A DNA stretch of 63,983 nt, the filler included, from Octopus bimaculoides (Eukaryota): assembly GCF_001194135.2 (NCBI RefSeq). It is 6 parts of 6 records of this genome, joined end to end, with 100 filler letters (N's around TTAATTAATTAA, not from the genome) between each part and the next. Parts side by side here need not be neighbours in the genome. Positions count along the whole stretch, not along the records: positions 16,696 to 23,141 come from NC_068994.1; positions 23,242 to 30,326 come from NC_068988.1; positions 30,427 to 49,542 come from NC_068985.1; 3 more parts are not named here. One strand, written 5' to 3'. A model generated the notes under the pieces. The model had not been told where the DNA came from. It saw only the letters and a list, made by a program, of their open reading frames with translations, and did no database searches. Positions 22,496-37,869 of the stretch are shown one piece after another (the first letter of the stretch is position 1; every line of letters begins with the position of its first letter). The position numbers were made by a program, and so were the translations under genes.

Positions 22496-23737
22496 ATAAA
22501 AGATATACAAATGTGTGTATGTGTGTGTATGGCACGTGATGGTGTGTGTGTGTGTGTGCTTATACATACACACACACACACATATATATATATACAAATA
22601 TATATCATGTGTGTGTATATGTGTAAATATATATGTAAGAATGTATGTATATATATATATATTGGAGTGTGTGTATTTATACACACATTCATATACTCTT
22701 ATACACAGGCATTCTTGTGTGTGTGGGTGTGTGGGTGTGGCACGTGATGGTGCGTGTGTGTGTGTGTGTAAATATATGTATATATATGTAAGAATGTATG
22801 TATGTATCTATATATGTATTGGAGTGTGTGTTTTTATACACACATTTATATATCCTTATACACATACATTCTTGTGTGTGTGTTTATGTGTGTGCGTGTG
22901 TGTGTNNNNNNNNNNTATATATATATACAAATATATATCATGTGTGTGTATATGTGTAAATATATATGTAAGAATGTATGTATATATATATATATTGGAG
23001 TGTGTGTATTTATACACACATTCATATACTCTTATACACAGGCATTCTTGTGTGTGTGGGTGTGTGGGTGTGGCACGTGATGGTGCGTGTGTGTGTGTGT
23101 GTGTGTAAATATATGTATATATATGTAAGAATGTATGTATGNNNNNNNNNNNNNNNNNNNNNNNNNNNNNNNNNNNNNNNNNNNNTTAATTAATTAANNN
23201 NNNNNNNNNNNNNNNNNNNNNNNNNNNNNNNNNNNNNNNNNATATATATATATATATATATATATATACGTATATTTATACGTATAAATGTCTCAATATA
23301 TATCTATTATGTTACGTGTATGCATGTAAGCACCTATGTGTATATGAGGATGAGGTTGGATACACACACACACACATATATACATGTGCACGTGTGTGTG
23401 TGTAGATATGTGTGTATGTATGAGTACGTACACACATATATGCTCGTGTGTGTGTATGTGCATGTACGTATACATGTTTGTGTGTGTACGTATGTAGATG
23501 TTGTGAACGCAGGAGGTTTATGTCTATGTTTTGCGAGAATATGGTTTCGTGTATTTATCTTTTTTCTTTTTTTTTCTACTTATTAGAGTAACTTCCCTTT
23601 TAGTCTACGTTTTTTTTTTTAAATAGCGTCTGTTACCATTAATAGCCGACGGGAATGTATCGTAGCTCTTCGCTCCGACATTCGAAACTCCAACTACTAT
23701 AACGACAACCTTTTACTGTTTGTTGTAAATTATAACG

Positions 23738-23862
<125 letters not shown>

Positions 23863-24440
23863 ACATGCATTATGTATTTACAACGGTTTTGGAGAACCTG
23901 AAATAGGTCATAGGAATGATAGTGCGCTTTTGATTAAACATTAAGAAGAAAAATTGTATAGACGTGGATGCGAAATCTACATCGATAATTTGAGGCAATG
24001 ACTTTATATTTTTTAATAACCATTATGAGATAAAAAGAGAAGGCGAGAGTGTGTGAGAGGGGGAGGTAGGGAGGAGGAGAAGAAGAAGGGGATCAGGTTT
24101 AGCTGAATGGATAGAGTAGCAGAAGACAGGCCTAGAAGGGGATGCTTCGTATCAAGTCAAATGACATTACGTTTTGTCTGTGACCAAAACATTTAACTTT
24201 CAAGTGCTCTTCTATGTAGCTGTAAATATAGTGCCACATAGCAAGAAGTGAAGAAGTCACCTGTAGCCTCACTAATAAAAAAAAAGAATGATCTTGCATA
24301 TTCAAGCCTGTGCTTGAGACTCTACTTGATCGTCTCACTTACTAGAAATAGCAGCTACATCTTCTTCGAGTCACACCAACATGTCTTAAAAGTGGGGAAA
24401 ATAAATATTGATTAGAAATATTAGTACAAGGTAAGGCAGC

Positions 24441-24650
24441 GAGCTGGCAGAATGGTTAGCACACCGAACGAAATGCTTGGAGACATTTCGTCCGGCATTA
24501 CGCTCTGAGTTCAAATTTCACCGAGGTCAACTTTGACTTCTATCTTCTTCGGCGTCGATAAAATAAGTACCAGTCGAACACTGGGTCGATGTAATCGACT
24601 TATCATCTCACCGAAATTTCTGGCCTTGTGCCAAAACTTGAAACCAATAT
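24441..24650 (+). mobile_element. SINE family B (alternative tail)
   Basis: Head, core, ggccttgtgccaaaacttgaaacc. Confidence 0.8.
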
Positions 24651-24857
24651 AAGTACAAAGTGATATAAAAAGAGAATGAGTTCAGTCGATTAAATCTACT
24701 CCAGAACTTTATTAGCCTCAAACAAATAAAATGCAAGGTTGCTTGCGGCAAAATTTAAACTCAAACGTAAGGAAGTGTAATTAAGCATCCGTGCCATTTT
24801 TATTTGTCGTTCAAACCAACCATTCTGCTAATTTATCGTCTTTCTGCACTGATAAAT

Positions 24858-25075
24858 ATTGGTTTCAAATTTTGGCGCAAGGCCAGCAATTTCGGGGGAT
24901 GGGGTAAGTCGGCTACATCGATCCCAGTGCTCAAATGGTACTTATTTTATCGACCCCGAAACGGATGTAAGGCAAAGTCGACCTCGGTGGAATTTGAACT
25001 CAGAACATAAAGACGGACTAAATACCACCAAACATTTTTCCCGACGTGCTAAAAATTCTGCCAGGTCGCCGCCTT
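24858..25075 (-). mobile_element. SINE family B (alternative tail)
   Basis: Inverted relative to 24441-24650. Confidence 0.8.
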
Positions 25076-26859
25076 TGCTGATGAATATTGAGAGCTAATG
25101 GTATAAACTTATTTTGTCTGATATGTATTTTGATTCAGAAGAAGGAAGGGAATGAGTGAGGGAAAAATTTCAATGATTAACTTTTCTCGGAGGATTGATT
25201 ATAAATTGTCATCCGTGATAATTTTTATGTCAGAGGAATAGATAATCCCGATCAAATCTCGCACGGATATGAGTTTTGTTTCTGCATATTCCAATCACTT
25301 TTAGCCGAAGACCATAACATTTAATTTCCGTTTAGCGTGGGAAGGATCAATTAATTGAGACTTGCTTAGTAAAATCAGTTGATTTGGTTTGCTCTGTTTA
25401 GCTAAACAGCTCTTCAAAAAGGTTCTTTTGTGTTTAACTGATTGACCTGCGGTAGCTTGGTCTCTGTCGCTCAATTAACTTTGTATCGAGTCAGCACACC
25501 CTTTGATGCGATAGGCACCGCATCTATTCATCGCTCCTTTTGAAAGGATCGACGTAATAATAAGAAAGAAAGGAAATTGGAAAGCAAAAGGTCATGTGAA
25601 AGTTTCCCATCTTCCTATGACCCCCATCAGCAAAGTAATTTCTATTAATAACACACACACATGTATATACCTACACAATCTAAATAAGTACCCCCACCAC
25701 AGACCACACACTTGTTTTTAGCTTAATCAACGTTTAGCTAACTAAACATAATCCCTATATTTCTATTCTTAGAACTTTGCAGTCTCTAAACAACATAGTT
25801 GATAATTAGGTATGTTTGTGCAGTGTGAGAGGGGTTGTTGAAAAATGGACGACATTACCCGACAGCATTGTTTCATTGCAATGACCTACAGACTCGTCAA
25901 AACATTTCCCCAATCCTTGGGTAGGGAGCTGGATTCCGGTTATAGTTATTGCAGCGTGACAATTTTATTTTGTCCATCAAGTAATGATCTAGATATTAAC
26001 TGATCAATCAATGCAAATCTTTGGCAAAAGTGGCGCCGTTTTTGCGAGGTTCCTAAAATAAGAAATGTTTGACAAATAAATGAAAGGAGCATTAAAATGG
26101 GCAATTACCAGTTGAAGCCGTTTGTATTTTCCACTCAAAAGGAATATGAAAGAAAACAGAGTGATTTCCAACAAGTCTGAGGCAGTTTGAAAGTCCATTT
26201 TACTTGCAGATTCTGAGCTAGCTTCCTTCATACATTATTTATATTTTACAGGGCCATAAACTTATGCAGCAAGGGTAACCTAATTATACCGTCAGCGTTT
26301 CCCTCAGCAGCATTAACAGCATAAATGAAGTAGATTGGATCTCAACAAGAATCGAAACCGGTTCGTAAAATCGCCTTATTAGGAATTTACCTCTTACTCC
26401 TGTACACTTCACACACCTACGCTCGTGTGCGTTTATGCTTTTAGTAAGCAAGTAAAGTCTATACTCTAGAAGGAAGCTATATGAGTAGTTATGATATATA
26501 TACGTTCCTGAAGCGTTTCTCGGTTGTTTAAAATGCCTCACAAGTTTAGATGTTGGGTATTTTTACTTTGCGCTGCAGAGCTTTCCACTCTTCACAGTTT
26601 AGTTCCACTTCTTTCACCCATGACACTGAGAAATCCTGTTTAATACACGAAGGCCAAGCAAGTAAAATTCCAGTTAGCTTCCATCTGTAGTCAATACAAA
26701 TACAACTGGGATCTATTTATCCTACATATGTGTGAAAGATACACTATTAGGATAATTTTCAGAGATAAACAGAGTGCAGTACTGGCACTCATCCATATTT
26801 TGAGTAGTAGTTTATAAAAATAGCAAGAATTATCTATAATTACGGTATTTTATGTATGT

Positions 26860-26917
<58 letters not shown>

Positions 26918-27249
26918 NNNNNNNNNNNNNNNNNNNNNNNNNNNNNNNNNNNNNNNNNNNNNNNNNNNNNNNNNNNNNNNNNNNNNNNNNNNNNNNNNNN
27001 NNNNNNNNNNNNNNNNNNNNNNNNNNNNNNNNNNNNNNNNNNNNNNNNNNNNNNNNNNNNNNNNNNNNNNNNNNNNNNNNNNNNNNNNNNNNNNNNNNNN
27101 NNNNNNNNNNNNNNNNNNNNNNNNNNNNNNNNNNNNNNNNNNNNNNNNNNNNNNNNNNNNNNNNNNNNNNNNNNNNNNNNNNNNNNNNNNNNNNNNNNNN
27201 NNNNNNNNNNNNNNNNNNNNNNNNNNNNNNNNNNNNNNNNNNNNNNNNN

Positions 27250-27317
<68 letters not shown>

Positions 27318-28286
27318 GGTTTTATATAAGCACTGGAATTTATAATAGAAGTAGATAGAATTTTGAGAGATATTGCCAGTTTTAGAAAGTATGTATTAGG
27401 CTTCGACACACTGCAATAAGTTAGTTCTTGCCAGCTGTTTCTACCTTGACTTGAACTCAACGTAAGAAAGCAGATTAAATATTCGTTGCCTTCATATTGC
27501 TTCTACTCCTGCGTATTTAGGTTAACCAAGGTTATTTGAAAGAGTACGTATATAATATAGAAATCGTCGCAGAATACATGCTAACAACCCTTAGAGTTAT
27601 TAATTAGATATCTTAGTCGGTCAATTAGAACTTTCAGCGGTTTATACCAGATATTGATATTTACTCTCAGCATGCGTCAAATGCAGGCTGCGAAACCACA
27701 GCTGATAGTGAAGGATTCTGTCATAGACCTCAGGTGACTGTTACCTTCTTGGCTTGATTTAATTAAATTCTTTTTATTATAATATAGTCTTTCATGCTTG
27801 TTTTCTCATTTCAATGCTTTTGTTTTGCATGTTATAACGCCTCATCCCGGTATCCTTACGCCTAACAAAGTAACAATATTAAGAGTTTCTACCAAACCAC
27901 TAGGAGATCTTCGCTGTCCCAGAGCTGAGTGCAGCATTGACTTCTGGCCAATGTAGAACAGTATTTGTAAACGACAACAATTTCGTTTTGTTCTCTTTAG
28001 CGTTGTGTAACCTGATTCGTCTGTAGTATAAAGTATCTGCAATATGAGCTGAGTTATTATCATCATCATCATCATTATTATCATTATCACGTGCTTTCAC
28101 TGCACTACTGAGTGCAGCTCTGTGTACCTTTGGTATGTGCTGTGGTTTGTTTTGGAGTTGTTATTCTCACTGTATTGAAAGCGCTTTACGTAGGATGTGT
28201 GCGGTGCCTAGTAGTTCTATTTTTTGTATGTTATATATATATATATGTTCGTAAGTCCTAGTATTTTGGTTATGTATTATTATTAT

Positions 28287-28985
28287 GATTTCTTTTTACC
28301 AGAGGTTTTGTTGGAACTCTTGGAGTCTTGCATGCGTAGTGGGCTTGCTACCTGCAGCCTACAGTACCACGCTATTCGTTCTTTTCAGCTATCTAATACT
28401 TTCTTGGTTATTCTGGCCGTGCCAATGAGGCAAATTTTTTGTAACAGTTCCACTGGGCACTCTATTCCAATTTCCTTTATATTCCTCTTGATGCCTTCTG
28501 ATACTGTTCCCAAGGACCCTGCAATAATTGACACTATCTTCACCTTCTTCATTTTCCATAGCCGGGCTGTTTTGTACTTAAGAGCGTTGTATTTATCCAT
28601 TTTTTCGGCTTCCTTCTTGACTATTCTTGGGTCAAAGGAGCATGCAACATCAACTATATAGCACATGTGGTGCATCTTGTCGACTACCAGTAGGTCCGGT
28701 CTGTTATGCTCTAGCACCTGATCTGTTTTGATTGGGAAATCCCAGAGGATTTTGCTAGTCTCCAACTCCGCTACTCTCTGTGGTTTGTGTTCATACCACG
28801 TCTTGTCTCTCTCTAGCCTCCACTTTTTGCACAGTTTCGAATGTAGCACTTTCGCTACTTCATCATGTTGCCACAACTTGTAGTGGTTTTGAGAAAGTCT
28901 AGGGCACTTGCTCATTCCAAAGGTTGACATTTCAGTGTGTGGCCAAAGCTTGGTCTTGCGCTGCCAGTATAGTTCACTCGGTCTC
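28287..28985 (-). mobile_element. R4/Dong-clade non-LTR retrotransposon 3' part (restriction-like endonuclease)
   Basis: ILAAQDQALAT remnant; ORF 28930-28385 with HDEVAKVLH, KILWDFPIKTD..HNRPDLLVVDK, YIVDVAC, KEAEKMDKY; 3' end in (TAA)n. Confidence 0.9.
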
Positions 28986-29069
28986 TAATCGTTATGTTTC
29001 CCCTGTGGGAGTTAACTTACAAAGGGCCAAAAAGTAGCATTAATGATATCAATATCACAAGTCTAGGAA

Positions 29070-29455
29070 GGTGTCGCGCTGGCTGGGTAAAAGGCTTGGC
29101 AACATTTCGTCCGTCTTTACGTTCTAAGTTCAAATTCTGCAGATGTTGACTTTGACTTTCATCCTTTCGGGATCGATAAAATAAGTACCATTTGAATACT
29201 GGCGCCAATGTAATCCCTAGCCCTCTTCCTCCTAAAATATCGGGTCTGCGATTAAGGCGGTGAGCTGACAGAATCGTTTAGAGTATCGGACACAATGCCT
29301 TGCGGTATTTTTTCCGACTCATTTACGTTCTGTGTTCAAATTCCGCCGAGGTCAGTTGATTGAATAAGTACCAGTTGCGTACTGAGGTCGATGTAATCTG
29401 TCTTCTTTACCCCTTCAAAACTACTGCTGACCTTGTGCTAAAAGTAGAAAGAACT
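29070..29455 (+). mobile_element. Two tandem SINE family B copies
   Basis: Cores at about 29120-29200 and 29330-29400. Confidence 0.75.
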
Positions 29456-30114
29456 ATTTACTTATGTAGTTATGTGTATAGATTATACTATAAACAAATG
29501 CAAGCTCACTCTTTACAGGACTGTGTGTGCGTGTGTGTATATTTTACGGATGATTGAAATTCCTTTACAGGACTCGCTCTTTCTCTGTGTATGTGTTTCA
29601 CGGACGATTGAAATAACTGTCTGATATATAACACTGACCAATAATTTTCCTGTTGTCTTCATTGCTCCTATCGTCGAAATGTTGGAAGATTTGGTTTAAG
29701 CATCATTTTGTCACCTCCGACCCCCCCCCCCAAAAAAAAAACAAGAAAGCCGTGGATGTTTATTGAAACACAACGTTGGCAAATCGCCTAATCATTATAC
29801 TAACATCGCCTGTTGTATGTTTGTGATTTAGATGAGATTTAGAGCTTGGGTTAGGGTTCGGTTTCAGATTACCATAAGGGTTAACGTTAGGGTTATCTGT
29901 AAATGAAATAGAAGAAGATGCCGAAACATATCCTTGTTAGTATTTTGATAACCTTTGCCTACTTCGGAATTACTTAAGTCAACAACAGTAAAGGAAAGAT
30001 TATACTTTGATTTGTTAAAATAGGAGAGCTGAACATGATATATTAATTTTGAATTATCCTTCAAACGACAGGTGTGTTTCTAAATACGAATACAATGAGG
30101 AACGTTAAAGCAAT

Positions 30115-30325
30115 ACTCTTTACTTGTTTCAGTCATTTGACTTTGGCCATGCTGGAGCACCGCCTTTATTCGAGCAAATTGACCCCAGGACTAATGCTTT
30201 GTAAGCCTGGTACTTATTCTATCGGTCTCTTTTGCCGAACCGCTAAGTTACGGTGACGTAAACACATCGACATCGGTTGTCAATCGATGTTGGGGGGACA
30301 AACATAGACACACACACACACACAC
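30115..30325 (-). mobile_element. SINE family A 3' half
   Basis: Truncated at a gap. Confidence 0.8.
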
Positions 30326-30426
30326 ANNNNNNNNNNNNNNNNNNNNNNNNNNNNNNNNNNNNNNNNNNNNTTAATTAATTAANNNNNNNNNNNNNNNNNN
30401 NNNNNNNNNNNNNNNNNNNNNNNNNN

Positions 30427-30475
<49 letters not shown>

Positions 30476-30621
30476 ATGTCTGGATATACCATGTATATAC
30501 TATACATGTATGTATACATATACACACACATATTTGTTATATACAGTATGTGTGTGAGTTAATGTGCAAGTGTCTGCATGAAAACTAAATTATTATATAT
30601 AAGTGTATAATACATTTATAA

Positions 30622-30674
<53 letters not shown>

Positions 30675-30991
30675 TACACACATACATATATATGTAGATA
30701 TATATATTTTTGTATACATATATGTATATACACACACATACATCACTTATATATATATGTATATGTGTGTGTGTATATATGTAAATATATATGTGTGTAT
30801 GTATATATATATATAGTGCATGTTGAGCTTATAAATATAAGTATACAGTCACATACACAAACACTTATATAAACATCAACTAATTATTTTCGCTATACAA
30901 CACAACAAAAATATCATATATATTTAAGCTAATTAATTTATCTATAGAACAGGACATACAAACACATACATATGAAGTAATTAGCTGCTTT

Positions 30992-31022
<31 letters not shown>

Positions 31023-31046
31023 GAATACTTAGATATATATGCTACT

Positions 31047-31089
<43 letters not shown>

Positions 31090-33032
31090 GAGAGTGTGTG
31101 TGTTTGTTTTGTGTGTATGTACATATATATGTAATTAACTATTTTATTACATATAAATAGGTGTTTTATTATTTTATTTTATATATATATTCATGTATGT
31201 ATGCACACATATATATACATATATGTGTGTGTTTATGTATATATATATATATATATATGTATGAAAATTAATTAGCCAGTTAAGTCACATTCACACACAC
31301 ATACATGCATGCACATGCATACACATACACGTATATATACTGGTGGATGTGTACATACATGCATTCATTACATATATAATATTCTTTGATAGACCTTAGC
31401 TCATTAATATATAAATTAATTAATTTAATATTTCATAAAAATATTTATTTCTAATTATCTCAGGAAAATTGAAGAGAATTGATCTCCAATCCGATATAAT
31501 TAATAATATATATGAAACAAATACACATTAGATAGGTGGCATTTGCTACGTGTATAAAGCTAAACACGATATTAAGGTAAAATGGATATTTTTTTTTTTT
31601 CCTAAAATGTATACATGTAGAGGTTTATGTACAAATACATGCTTAAATTATGCATAACCACCTTTTGGTCTTCAGCATGTCCACCACCCTTGGCTCCCTC
31701 ACCACTTGCCTCCAAAGGGAACTGAAGCTCATTTTCTCTATGAAAATTATAGCTCTTTTGGTCTCAACCCTCTCCACAATTCTTCTAATCCCTTTTCTCC
31801 CTATCCATTCCCTCAATTTACTTGCCCTCCCCACCTGCCCTATACATATATTTCCTCCCATACCCACACTCTCCCACCCTCACTTACCCTTATACACCTT
31901 CACTTACACCTCTTCCACTCCCACGTAAACCCCAAGCCATTTAATGGTCTTCCCTCTAGCCTCAGTGTCAAAATGTATTGCTGCGCCTAGAGTTTCAAAC
32001 CTAGTTTCTGCTTTGTAATGCAGAGCAAATACCCCACAAAACCCTGCAAGATCACCACTTGGCTTGCAGTTGCACGCACCAGCCTTGGCTCCTGCACAGC
32101 TGTAATAGCTCCTCATATTTGGCAAGATTTCTCTCATACTACTCCCCATCACTCTAACTCTCCAGTCCTTCGCTAGGCCTGTGTAAGAGACATTGTATTA
32201 TCCATCCCCATTACTCTACCTGCACCCACCTTTCTCCTCCATCCATCTCCCCACTCATTTTTGTCATCAGTCTATCATTCATATCTTGTCTCACCACTTG
32301 TGATGCTCACTCGTTCACCCACTGCCATCCATCATCCCTTCCCTACTTCTTTTCTTCTACTGTTTGCCCTTTCCCTCCCACCCAAGTACCTTGCCACTCC
32401 GACACCCTCTCATCTCTCTGAAATACACACCATGAACCCCTATATCCCTCTTTGAATTACTCTCCCTGGACCATAGCTGTGCTCATTTACTTATTTTTTC
32501 ATGTTCTGTCCCCACCATACCTTCCACCTATGTGAACCCTTATAATATACTGCAGCCTGGGATCCTTGCAACACAACTCTCTTCATTACCTTCACCACGC
32601 TATCCCTTCCTTTCTCACTAACCACTGTTCCCTTCCCCTATTCCTTCCAAACTCACTCCTCCAATAGTGACTACTCACTTACTCTCTTTATTACCATTCT
32701 TTCACTATTATAAATTTGCTCACCATCTCTCATCACCTTACTGGAAATCATCACACCCTCTCTTCCTTTCCTATTGTCTTTCAGTTACAGGGAACTCCTT
32801 AGGCTCTTTTGTCTTGCAAGCTACAAGGCAACCTCACCAGTCATGGGACCATTCTGTAAAGTGATTGGCATTAGGAAGGGCATCCAGTTATAGAAACCAT
32901 TCCAAAACAGATGGTGGACCATTATACTGTCCTCCAACTCATTGGATGCTGTCTTATCATTCAACCCATGGACATCATTAAATGATGATGATGATGAAAC
33001 CAGAAAAAGAAAGAAAAAAGTAAGTATATAGG

Positions 33033-33392
33033 TGCAGGCATGGCTGTGTGGTTAAGAAGCTTGCTTTGTAGCAACATAGTTTTGAGTTCAGTCCCACTGC
33101 ATGACACCTTGGGCAAATGTTTTCCACTATGGCCCCAGACGAACTAATGCCTTGTGAGTGAAATTGGTAGACAAAAACAGTGTTATATATAAGTGTATGC
33201 ATGTTTGTGTGTGTGTGTGTGTGTGTGTGCTTGTGTTTCTCCCACCACTGCTTAGGCTTCTTTATGTTTCCATAACCTAGTAGTTCAACATAAGACACTG
33301 ATAGAATAAGTACCAGGCTTTAAAACTCGGGTCAATTTCTACAACTAAACCCTACAGCATGGCTACAGTGTAATGAAAGAAACAAGTAAAAG
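33033..33392 (+). mobile_element. SINE family A (diverged)
   Basis: Head, ccttgggcaa, (GT)n, tail. Confidence 0.75.
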
Positions 33393-33886
33393 ATAAAATA
33401 TGAATGATATATAGAAAGAATGAATGTAAAGAGGGAATCAGCAAAAAGTAAATAGCATTTTTTCTTATGTTAAGCATAATACTAATATCATGTAAAAGAA
33501 AGATAAGTTGATTGATACTTATAAGATTTATATTGTAAAGATGAAATAATACATTGACTTTAGCTGGTTTGAGATAAGGAAATAAAGGTATGGAACTAAA
33601 TATCATTGTTGTCATCCAATAGAGTCATTTCTACAAACAATTTCAAAAATAATATAGATTTCAAACATAGGCACAAAGCATCACCTTTGTGGAAGAGTAT
33701 TATGGATTAAACTGGTACCAGTATTTGATTAGTACCTTATTATATCAAGCCTAGAAATTTGAAATGAAAAATCAGCTATATTAAAATTTGAATTTAAAAT
33801 GCAAAGGGACGTAATTATATACCACTAAGCATTTTGTCTGATACCTGTTGTTACTGATTACTCCAAACCACCACCCTAAGATAAAC

Positions 33887-33949
<63 letters not shown>

Positions 33950-33989
33950 GTGATAATGATAAATTATAATCGTAATAATAGTAAGTTGA

Positions 33990-34470
33990 AAAAAAAGACA
34001 ACACCATTCTTTGGGACTTTAGTATTGAAACTGATCCAATTATTCAGAGCAAAAGCCCAAATACTGTGGTGAAAATAGCCCATAGATAAAGTATGTTTGC
34101 TCGTAAATATGTCAATCCCAGCAGACTGCAACACCTGTGCGAAAACATTTGGAAAGTTAAGTAAATACAAGGACTTTGAAATAGAGGTCTCAAAAATGTG
34201 ACCAGCAGAAATAATAACAAATGGTGCTCTCAAAACTCAGGAAACCCATATGTATCAGAACTAAAAAAAAAGTTGTTCTCATGGCTTCATCCCACATCCT
34301 AACGAAAGCACTTTCAACCTGAGAATGTTTCAATCTTTTAAAATCTCAAATATTACAACAAACTTTTAATGGAATCTTGATTCTGAGTATTTGGTCTCTT
34401 TTCTCTGAAATATATCATTGCTAATTAGAAAAATGTCTAGCTTGCTGTTGTTTGAGGTCTCTGGGTGAGA
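33990..34470 (+). mobile_element. Degraded R4/Dong endonuclease fragment
   Basis: TILWDFSIETD...; KVCLLVNMSIPADCN..K..KLSKYKDFEIEVSKM; lies between (AAT)n tracts. Confidence 0.75.
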
Positions 34471-34773
34471 TATAGATCAGCTTGTATAAAACAAGGGAAC
34501 AACAGCAATGCAAACAATAATAACAATCATTATTTAGCAGACAAATATGAGGTTATTGCATGATAATGATGATGATGATGATGATGATGATAATAATAAT
34601 AATAACCCCTTATACTATAGGCACAAGGCCTGAAATTTGGGAGAGAGATATAGTTGATTACATCAACCCCTAGTACTCTACTATTTGAACTCAGAACATA
34701 GCAAGCCCAAAGAAATTCTGTTAGGCATTTTGTCTGCTATGTTAATGGATCTGTCAGTTCACCACCTTAATGA

Positions 34774-34774
<1 letters not shown>

Positions 34775-34808
<34 letters not shown>

Positions 34809-34925
34809 GTAATAATAATAATGATAATAATAATGATAATGAGAAGAAGAAGAAGAAGAAGAAGAAGAAGAAGAAGAAGAAGAAGAAGAAGAAGAAGAAG
34901 AAGAAGAAGAAGAAGAAGAAGAATG
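34775..34925. repeat. Compound microsatellite (AAT)n(GAA)n
   Basis: Direct inspection; one of dozens of (CA)n, (TA)n, (AAT)n, (GAT)n, (GTA)n and (GATA)n tracts. Confidence 0.98.
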
Positions 34926-36136
34926 ATTATAGACAACAATTGAAAATATAACCAAGAACTAAAATCATTAATATTAGTGTGTGTTTTTTTTTTAACCAAG
35001 TGTAGGTCCAACAGTACAAGGTGGACAGAGGGAATAATCTATTAAATCATCTGCAATATAATACTGATAGCTGTTTTTTATTGACTAGATTACAATCACG
35101 ATTTAAACTAACTTTGGTAGATGTTTAGACAATAGCTGTGAGGCATTTTACAATGATGATGTACTATTACTGTAATTCACAACTATTACAACAATAAGAA
35201 CCTAACCAATGATGAATAGCATATACACGTTTTTTTCTTCTTCTTCAATAATCACAAAGTTACACAGTGTGAACCAAAGAACAAAATTGTTTATTTACTA
35301 TTTTGCTTGCTTGGTCTTATTGTTGTTGCTTAGTAGCAAGTAAATGTTGGTGGTGGGGATGAAAAATAACAGACAATGAGTGAGGAAGAGGGTTGAAAAG
35401 TGGGAGGGGACTAAATGTTTTATAGAAGCAATTATATTAGATAAATAAAAATAAATAAATAATAAACATTACAGAAAATGTATATATAAGTTTGAGTATG
35501 TATGTGAGTGTGTGTGTGTGCAAATGTATAAAATGAAGTTGGACAAAGGATTTTATAAAAGAGAACCCAGACATAAATACATACACATGCACATGAATAC
35601 ATACACGCGCATGCACATACACGCGCATGCACACACACACACACACACACACACATCCACACAATGTTTTTTGGGAGGGACTCATGTTAGGCTTATTTCA
35701 AACTGACAAGCTGATAATAGTATTGATGATGCTGATGTGTTTGTGATGTAAACTTTTTAGAGGGAAGATGATTCTGATGATGATATGACAATAAATAAAT
35801 ACAACTGCTCTTGTTCTCTCAGCTGCACATGAGTGAGTCATGGATGCTTTATGGAAAGAAAAGAAGAGGAGAAAGAGAAAAAGAAGACAAAGAAGAGGTG
35901 GTGGTGGTGGTGGTGGTGGTGGTGGTGGTAGTAGTAGTATTAGTAATAGTCGTAGTCATTATTGCTGTGGTGTTTTCTGTCGGTGTTTTTGTTTTGCTTT
36001 TCACTATTTGAACAGATCCTGTCACTTGGTAACTTAAGAAAATTTGCATAACTATTTATTTGAAGGTAGGATGGTAGGGGTAAGGGTAGATGCATACAGA
36101 GACAGAAGCATGGTTTAAAAAAATATGAGATAGATG

Positions 36137-36148
36137 AGGATGATGATG

Positions 36149-36187
<39 letters not shown>

Positions 36188-36202
36188 GCAGCAGCAGCAG
36201 CT

Positions 36203-36283
<81 letters not shown>

Positions 36284-36285
36284 AT
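36137..36285. repeat. Compound microsatellite (GAT)n(GCA)n(GTA)n
   Basis: Direct inspection. Confidence 0.98.
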
Positions 36286-37808
36286 GACAGTGATGGTGGT
36301 GGTTGAATGGATAGCATGTCTATTGTATAATAGTGAAGAAGAAAAAAAATTAAATGAGAATGGTCAGATACAAACATCAGACAAGGAAAGTGTGAAGAAT
36401 AGATTGTTTTACTATGGATATTTTGTTTGTTTCTTTTTGATTATTTATTTATTTGTATATTTATTTATAACTTTATATGTTTTATTAAGTTGGTATTGTT
36501 GCTATGATTTATGGTATATTTTTATTTTTTAAGTGTATGCTTTTAGTTATTTATTTAAAGAACAAAAGATAGGAAGAGAAAGAGAGAGAGAAAAAGAGAG
36601 AGAGAGAGAGAGGGAGGGAGGGAAGGAATGTAGAGGGGGATTTAAAAAAACACAACTTTAATCTGACCTGCAGCAGTGGGCAAAGGAAGTTGGATGGGTT
36701 AGATGAAAAGCAATGACGAAAAGAAGCCAGATGAGGCCAAGTGCTGCAGACACTGCTGCTACTGTTGTTATTGTTGATGTTGTATGTTATGTATGTTGTA
36801 TGTTAATACTGTGTTTGTAGAGTGGAAGTGAAAGACTTTTGACTTTTAAAAAGAAGGAAGTAAAATTTATTTTCACTTTATTATTAGCGACACTTTTGGA
36901 GGAGTATAAAACATAAAATCTAGATGATACAGGTTTATGGCAGTTTTAGATCAATAAAATTTTTGATAAAAAATATGTATATATAAATACATAAATATAT
37001 AAATAAATGAATATAAAATTACAAAAATAAAATTAACAGTTCAAGGGAAAATTGAAATTAAAATTTCATCATAAAGCCAACAATAATTTTTAAGAAGGTG
37101 AAATTGAAATTAAATTCTAAAAATTATGAAATTTTCAACAAATTTAAAAATTAATAAATAAACCAATGAACAAAATGCTAATGATTCAAAAATGCAATTC
37201 TGCTTTGCAAAGGAGTAGAGGAAAAACAATGTTAGAAGTGGTCAGAGGGGTTCAGAGAATAGTGGGGAAGGAGGCGATTTAATTAATTTGGCTTGCCAAT
37301 TAGAACATTAATATGTAATAATACTTCGAAAAATGGTTAAATAACTTGCATTAGAAATAATAATTAATAAATAATGATTAAGACTAGTTAAAATTATATG
37401 AATCTATATAAAAATGTTTAAATTTAAATTTAAATTTTTGGTCATGTCAAATTCTATAATACAGATACTTTAGTTTATATGGTGTGGAAAATAAGTTAAA
37501 TGATATTATGAAAGCTTTGGCAAAGTAAAAGTTAATAAAATAATTGAAAATTATATAAAATGCTGCTTCTGTTAAAAACATACATACCCTAGTAATATAT
37601 AATTTCATAAATTCATTTTTCTTAGTTTTACAGTTGAAAATATAAAAATTTAAGTAACTATTTGACATGATTTACTATTATTCAAAAGAGCAGTTTCTGA
37701 TATAACATGTCATATATAATCATATATGTAAAGTATATATATGTATTGTACAGATATATATATATATGAACACACACACATACGTGTGTGTATATATGTG
37801 TGTATATA

Positions 37809-37869
<61 letters not shown>

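Noticed and set aside
22525-23141. About 230-280 bp duplication of low-complexity sequence
   Set aside because: Straddles a 10-N gap; probably an assembly or haplotype duplication.
36655-36790. Minus-strand frame resembling a transmembrane/GPI tail (TTVAAVSAALGLIWLLFVIAF...)
   Set aside because: In-frame stop just upstream, no ATG and no credible splice acceptor.
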